Part shown: positions 61,450 to 64,000 of the stretch, piece after piece
Numbering within the stretch: the first letter of the stretch is position 1
Layout of the letters: every line of letters begins with the position of its first letter
Source: an uncultured Acidobacteriota bacterium
Lineage (GTDB): Bacteria; Acidobacteriota; Vicinamibacteria; Vicinamibacterales; 2-12-FULL-66-21
Assembly: GCA_963740275.1 (NCBI GenBank)
Contig: CAVUDT010000004.1
Location: forward strand, 638,247-702,246
Length of the DNA stretch: 64,000 bases
Direction: 5' to 3'
The notes under the pieces: model-generated
Told to the model about the DNA's origin: nothing
The model's input: the letters and a program-made list of their open reading frames with translations, nothing else
The model's database searches: none
Program-made: the position numbers and the translations under genes

Positions 61450-62471
61450 CAGACTGCGACGCCGTCGGGCCGGACCGTGACCGGGTCGAGAAACGGCATC
61501 ATCGACCGCAGTGCGGCGCCAACATGCTCGATCTGATGCTCCTGCTCCCGCGCACGGGTGGCGTCGAAGACCGGCCGCCCCTGTTCGTTTTCCTTGATCC
61601 AGGCCCGGGCGTACGCGCCGCTGCGGATCTCGCCCAGCATCGTCCGCATGGCCTGGCGCGTCTCCTCGGTGATGATCCGCGGCCCCCCGGTGTAGTCCCC
61701 ATGTTCCGCGGTGTCGCTGACCGAATACCGCATGTAGTTCAGGCCGCCTCGATACATCAGGTCGACGATCAGCTTGAGCTCGTGGAGGCACTCGAAGTAG
61801 GCGACCTCCGGCTGGTAACCAGCTTCGACGAGCGTCTCGAATCCGGCTTTGACGAGCGCGCTGACCCCGCCGCACAGGACCGCCTGTTCGCCGAAGAGAT
61901 CCGTTTCTGTCTCCTCGGCAAAGGTCGTTTCGATGACGCCGGCACGGGTGACGCCGATCGCCTTGCCGTACGACAGCGCGAAAGCGTGGGCGCGTCCGGA
62001 CGCGTCCTGGTGCACGGCCAGCAGCGCCGGGGTGCCGCCCCCTTCGACGTAGAGCTCCCGGACGCGGTGGCCCGGCGACTTCGGCGCGATCATCGAGACG
62101 TCGACCCCCGCCGGCGGCGTGATCGTGCCGAACCGGATGTTGAAGCCGTGGGCGAACATCAGCGTCTTTCCCGCTGACAGGTGCGGTGCGATCTCCCTCT
62201 GGTAGACGCCCGGCTGCGCCGTGTCGGGAATCAGGATGACGATCACATCGGCCCAGGCCGAGGCCTCGGCCACCGAGGTGACGGTCAGCCCGGCGCCGCG
62301 CGCTTTGGCCACCGACTGGCTGGTCGTCGGCAGTCCGACCCGAACATCGACGCCGCTCTCCTTCAGGTTCAGCGCGTGCGCGTGTCCCTGCGATCCATAT
62401 CCGATCACCGCGACCTTCTTGCCGCGAATCAGTCCGAGGTCAGCATCCTTGTCATAGAACATCTTCGTCAT
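61449..62471 (-). CDS. ilvC: Ketol-acid reductoisomerase
   Basis: 340-aa [40 protein letters not shown]. Confidence 0.95.
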   Translation of the reverse strand: MTKMFYDKDADLGLIRGKKVAVIGYGSQGHAHALNLKESGVDVRVGLPTTSQSVAKARGAGLTVTSVAEASAWADVIVILIPDTAQPGVYQREIAPHLSAGKTLMFAHGFNIRFGTITPPAGVDVSMIAPKSPGHRVRELYVEGGGTPALLAVHQDASGRAHAFALSYGKAIGVTRAGVIETTFAEETETDLFGEQAVLCGGVSALVKAGFETLVEAGYQPEVAYFECLHELKLIVDLMYRGGLNYMRYSVSDTAEHGDYTGGPRIITEETRQAMRTMLGEIRSGAYARAWIKENEQGRPVFDATRAREQEHQIEHVGAALRSMMPFLDPVTVRPDGVAV

Positions 62472-62488
62472 GGTTTCTCCATCCGATC

Positions 62489-63040
62489 TCAGACCGAGTA
62501 CGACACGTGAGATTCGTGAGACTCCGGCCCCGCGGCCGGTTCAACCGCGGCGGCCGGCAGGCGTGCGCCGCGGGCCATGGCGACACGTCCGGTCCGCGCG
62601 ACTTCCAGCACCCCGTAGGGCCGCAGCACTTCCAGCAGGCCGTCGATCTTCTCCTCCGCTCCGGTGATCTCGATGGTCAGTGAATCCGGAGCCAGGTCGA
62701 CGATGCGGGCGCGAAAGACCTCGACCAGGTGGACGATCTCCGGTCTGTGCGCCTGCGTTGCGGCGACCTTGATCATCGCCAGGTCGCGATACACCGCCGC
62801 CGTGGACGTGAGGTCGGTCACCGAGATCACGTTCACCAGCTTGTAGAGGTTGGCCTCGATGCGATGGGCCCCGGCATCGTCCGACTGCACGACGAGCGTC
62901 ATGCGCGAGACGCCCGGCCGCTCGGTGTGCCCGACGGTCAGCGAATCGATGTTGTAGCCGCGGCGGCGAACCAGCGACGATACGCGGTTGAGCACCCCCG
63001 GCTGGTCTTCGACCGTGACAACAAACGTATGTGGTTTCAT
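62489..63040 (-). CDS. ilvN: Acetolactate synthase small (regulatory) subunit
   Basis: Frame of ORF 62489..63733, start at ATG 63040. [40 protein letters not shown] (ACT domain). Confidence 0.9.
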   Translation of the reverse strand: MKPHTFVVTVEDQPGVLNRVSSLVRRRGYNIDSLTVGHTERPGVSRMTLVVQSDDAGAHRIEANLYKLVNVISVTDLTSTAAVYRDLAMIKVAATQAHRPEIVHLVEVFRARIVDLAPDSLTIEITGAEEKIDGLLEVLRPYGVLEVARTGRVAMARGARLPAAAVEPAAGPESHESHVSYSV

Positions 63041-64000
63041 CAGGCGTCCTCTGCGGTTTCGACCAGCGGGCTGGGGCGCCGGATCATGGCGCCGAGGTCG
63101 GCGCCGGCCGGCACCATCGGATAAACGGTGTCCTCTTGCTCGACCCGGAACTCGATGATGGCGGTGCCCGCGTGGGCGCGCGCCGCCGCGATGGCAGGCA
63201 CGACCCCGGCCCGGCTCGTCACCGCGGTCGCTTTGAGGCCGTAGGCGTCGGCGATCTTCACGTAATCCGGACTGTAGAGTGGCGTCGCCGCGTATCGCCG
63301 CTCGTAAAAGAACTCCTGCCACTGCCGGACCATCCCGAGATAGCCGTTGTTGATGATCGCGATGTTGATGTCGAGCTTCTCCTGGGCGATCGTCGCCAGC
63401 TCCGGCATCGTCATCTGGAAGCCGCCATCGCCGGCAACCACCCAGACCTCGGCGTCGGGACAGGCAACCTTCGCGCCGATCGCGGCCGGCAGCGCGAAGC
63501 CCATCGTGCCGAGGCCGCCGGAGGTGATCAGCGAGCGGGGCGTGTCGTGGTGGTAGTACTGCGCCTCCCACATCTGGTGCTGGCCGACGTCGGTGACGAC
63601 GACCGCCCGCCCGCCGGTACTCCGCCAGAGATCGTGAATGACGTGAGCCGCGTACAGGTGGCCGTCGTCTGGAAGGTTCTGGATGTCGCGGACGGCGGAG
63701 TCGCCCTTGAGCTCCTTGATGTGGCGGAGCCACTCGCTGCGCTGGCCGGCCACGACGCCCGGCAGCAGTGTACCGAGGACGTCCCGCAGATCGCCGACCA
63801 GCCCGACGTCCACCGGCACGTTCTTGCCGATCTCGGCCGGGTCGATGTCGATGTGGACCTTGCGGGCCTGCGACGCGTAGGTCTTGAGGTTGCCGGTGAC
63901 CCGATCGTCGAACCGCATGCCGAACGCCAGCAGCAGGTCCGCCTGCTGGATCGCGGTGTTGACCCAGGCCTCGCCGTGCATCCCCATCATGCCGAGGTTC
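63040..64000 (-). CDS. ilvB: Acetolactate synthase large subunit (N-terminus beyond the window end)
   Basis: ORF 63040..63990 continues open to the window edge. GLGTMGFALPAAIGAK, VAGDGGFQM (ThDP motif), NNGYLGMVRQWQ. Confidence 0.9.
   Translation of the reverse strand, partial: NLGMMGMHGEAWVNTAIQQADLLLAFGMRFDDRVTGNLKTYASQARKVHIDIDPAEIGKNVPVDVGLVGDLRDVLGTLLPGVVAGQRSEWLRHIKELKGDSAVRDIQNLPDDGHLYAAHVIHDLWRSTGGRAVVVTDVGQHQMWEAQYYHHDTPRSLITSGGLGTMGFALPAAIGAKVACPDAEVWVVAGDGGFQMTMPELATIAQEKLDINIAIINNGYLGMVRQWQEFFYERRYAATPLYSPDYVKIADAYGLKATAVTSRAGVVPAIAAARAHAGTAIIEFRVEQEDTVYPMVPAGADLGAMIRRPSPLVETAEDA

Overview
GC-rich bacterial chromosome segment (GC judged by eye, not computed). The gene content fits Acidobacteriota best: five ADOP-type duplicated-FtsX 'orphan' permeases, a PadR regulator, an Oar-like CarboxypepD_reg TonB receptor, a Ser/Thr kinase with a TolB-type propeller, and three ECF sigma factors. 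Housekeeping blocks are smpB-pdxA-ricT-holB-mrcA (minus strand), a lipid A / inner-core LPS cluster waaA-lpxK-lpxL-waaF-hldA-hldC::GT9 (minus), gap-pgk-tpiA (plus), secG-tRNA-Leu(GAG) (plus), tRNA-Val/tRNA-Asp (minus) and ilvB-ilvN-ilvC-ilvE (minus). About 13 kb of accessory genes sits between tpiA and secG, which are adjacent in many bacteria. Four things stand out. (1) A family of lower-GC, AGGAG/CAGGAG-rich intergenic repeats not recognisable to me: a 4-unit 118-120-nt tandem array at 3471-3950, and two same-orientation solo copies flanking an ADOP-permease/copper-amine-oxidase module. Separate GC-rich hairpin and GGAAGYTGG repeat clusters also occur. (2) At least ten reading-frame disruptions and one in-frame stop, including in pgk and lpxK. 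I read these mainly as assembly indels, not decay. (3) An unusual HldC::heptosyltransferase fusion. (4) A kinase / Oar-like receptor / ECF sigma cassette that resembles cell-surface signalling with a kinase in place of FecR. No CRISPR array, transposase, integrase, rRNA or recognisable defence system was seen. All coordinates and translations were worked out by hand from the sequence and ORF track. No database search or folding was run.
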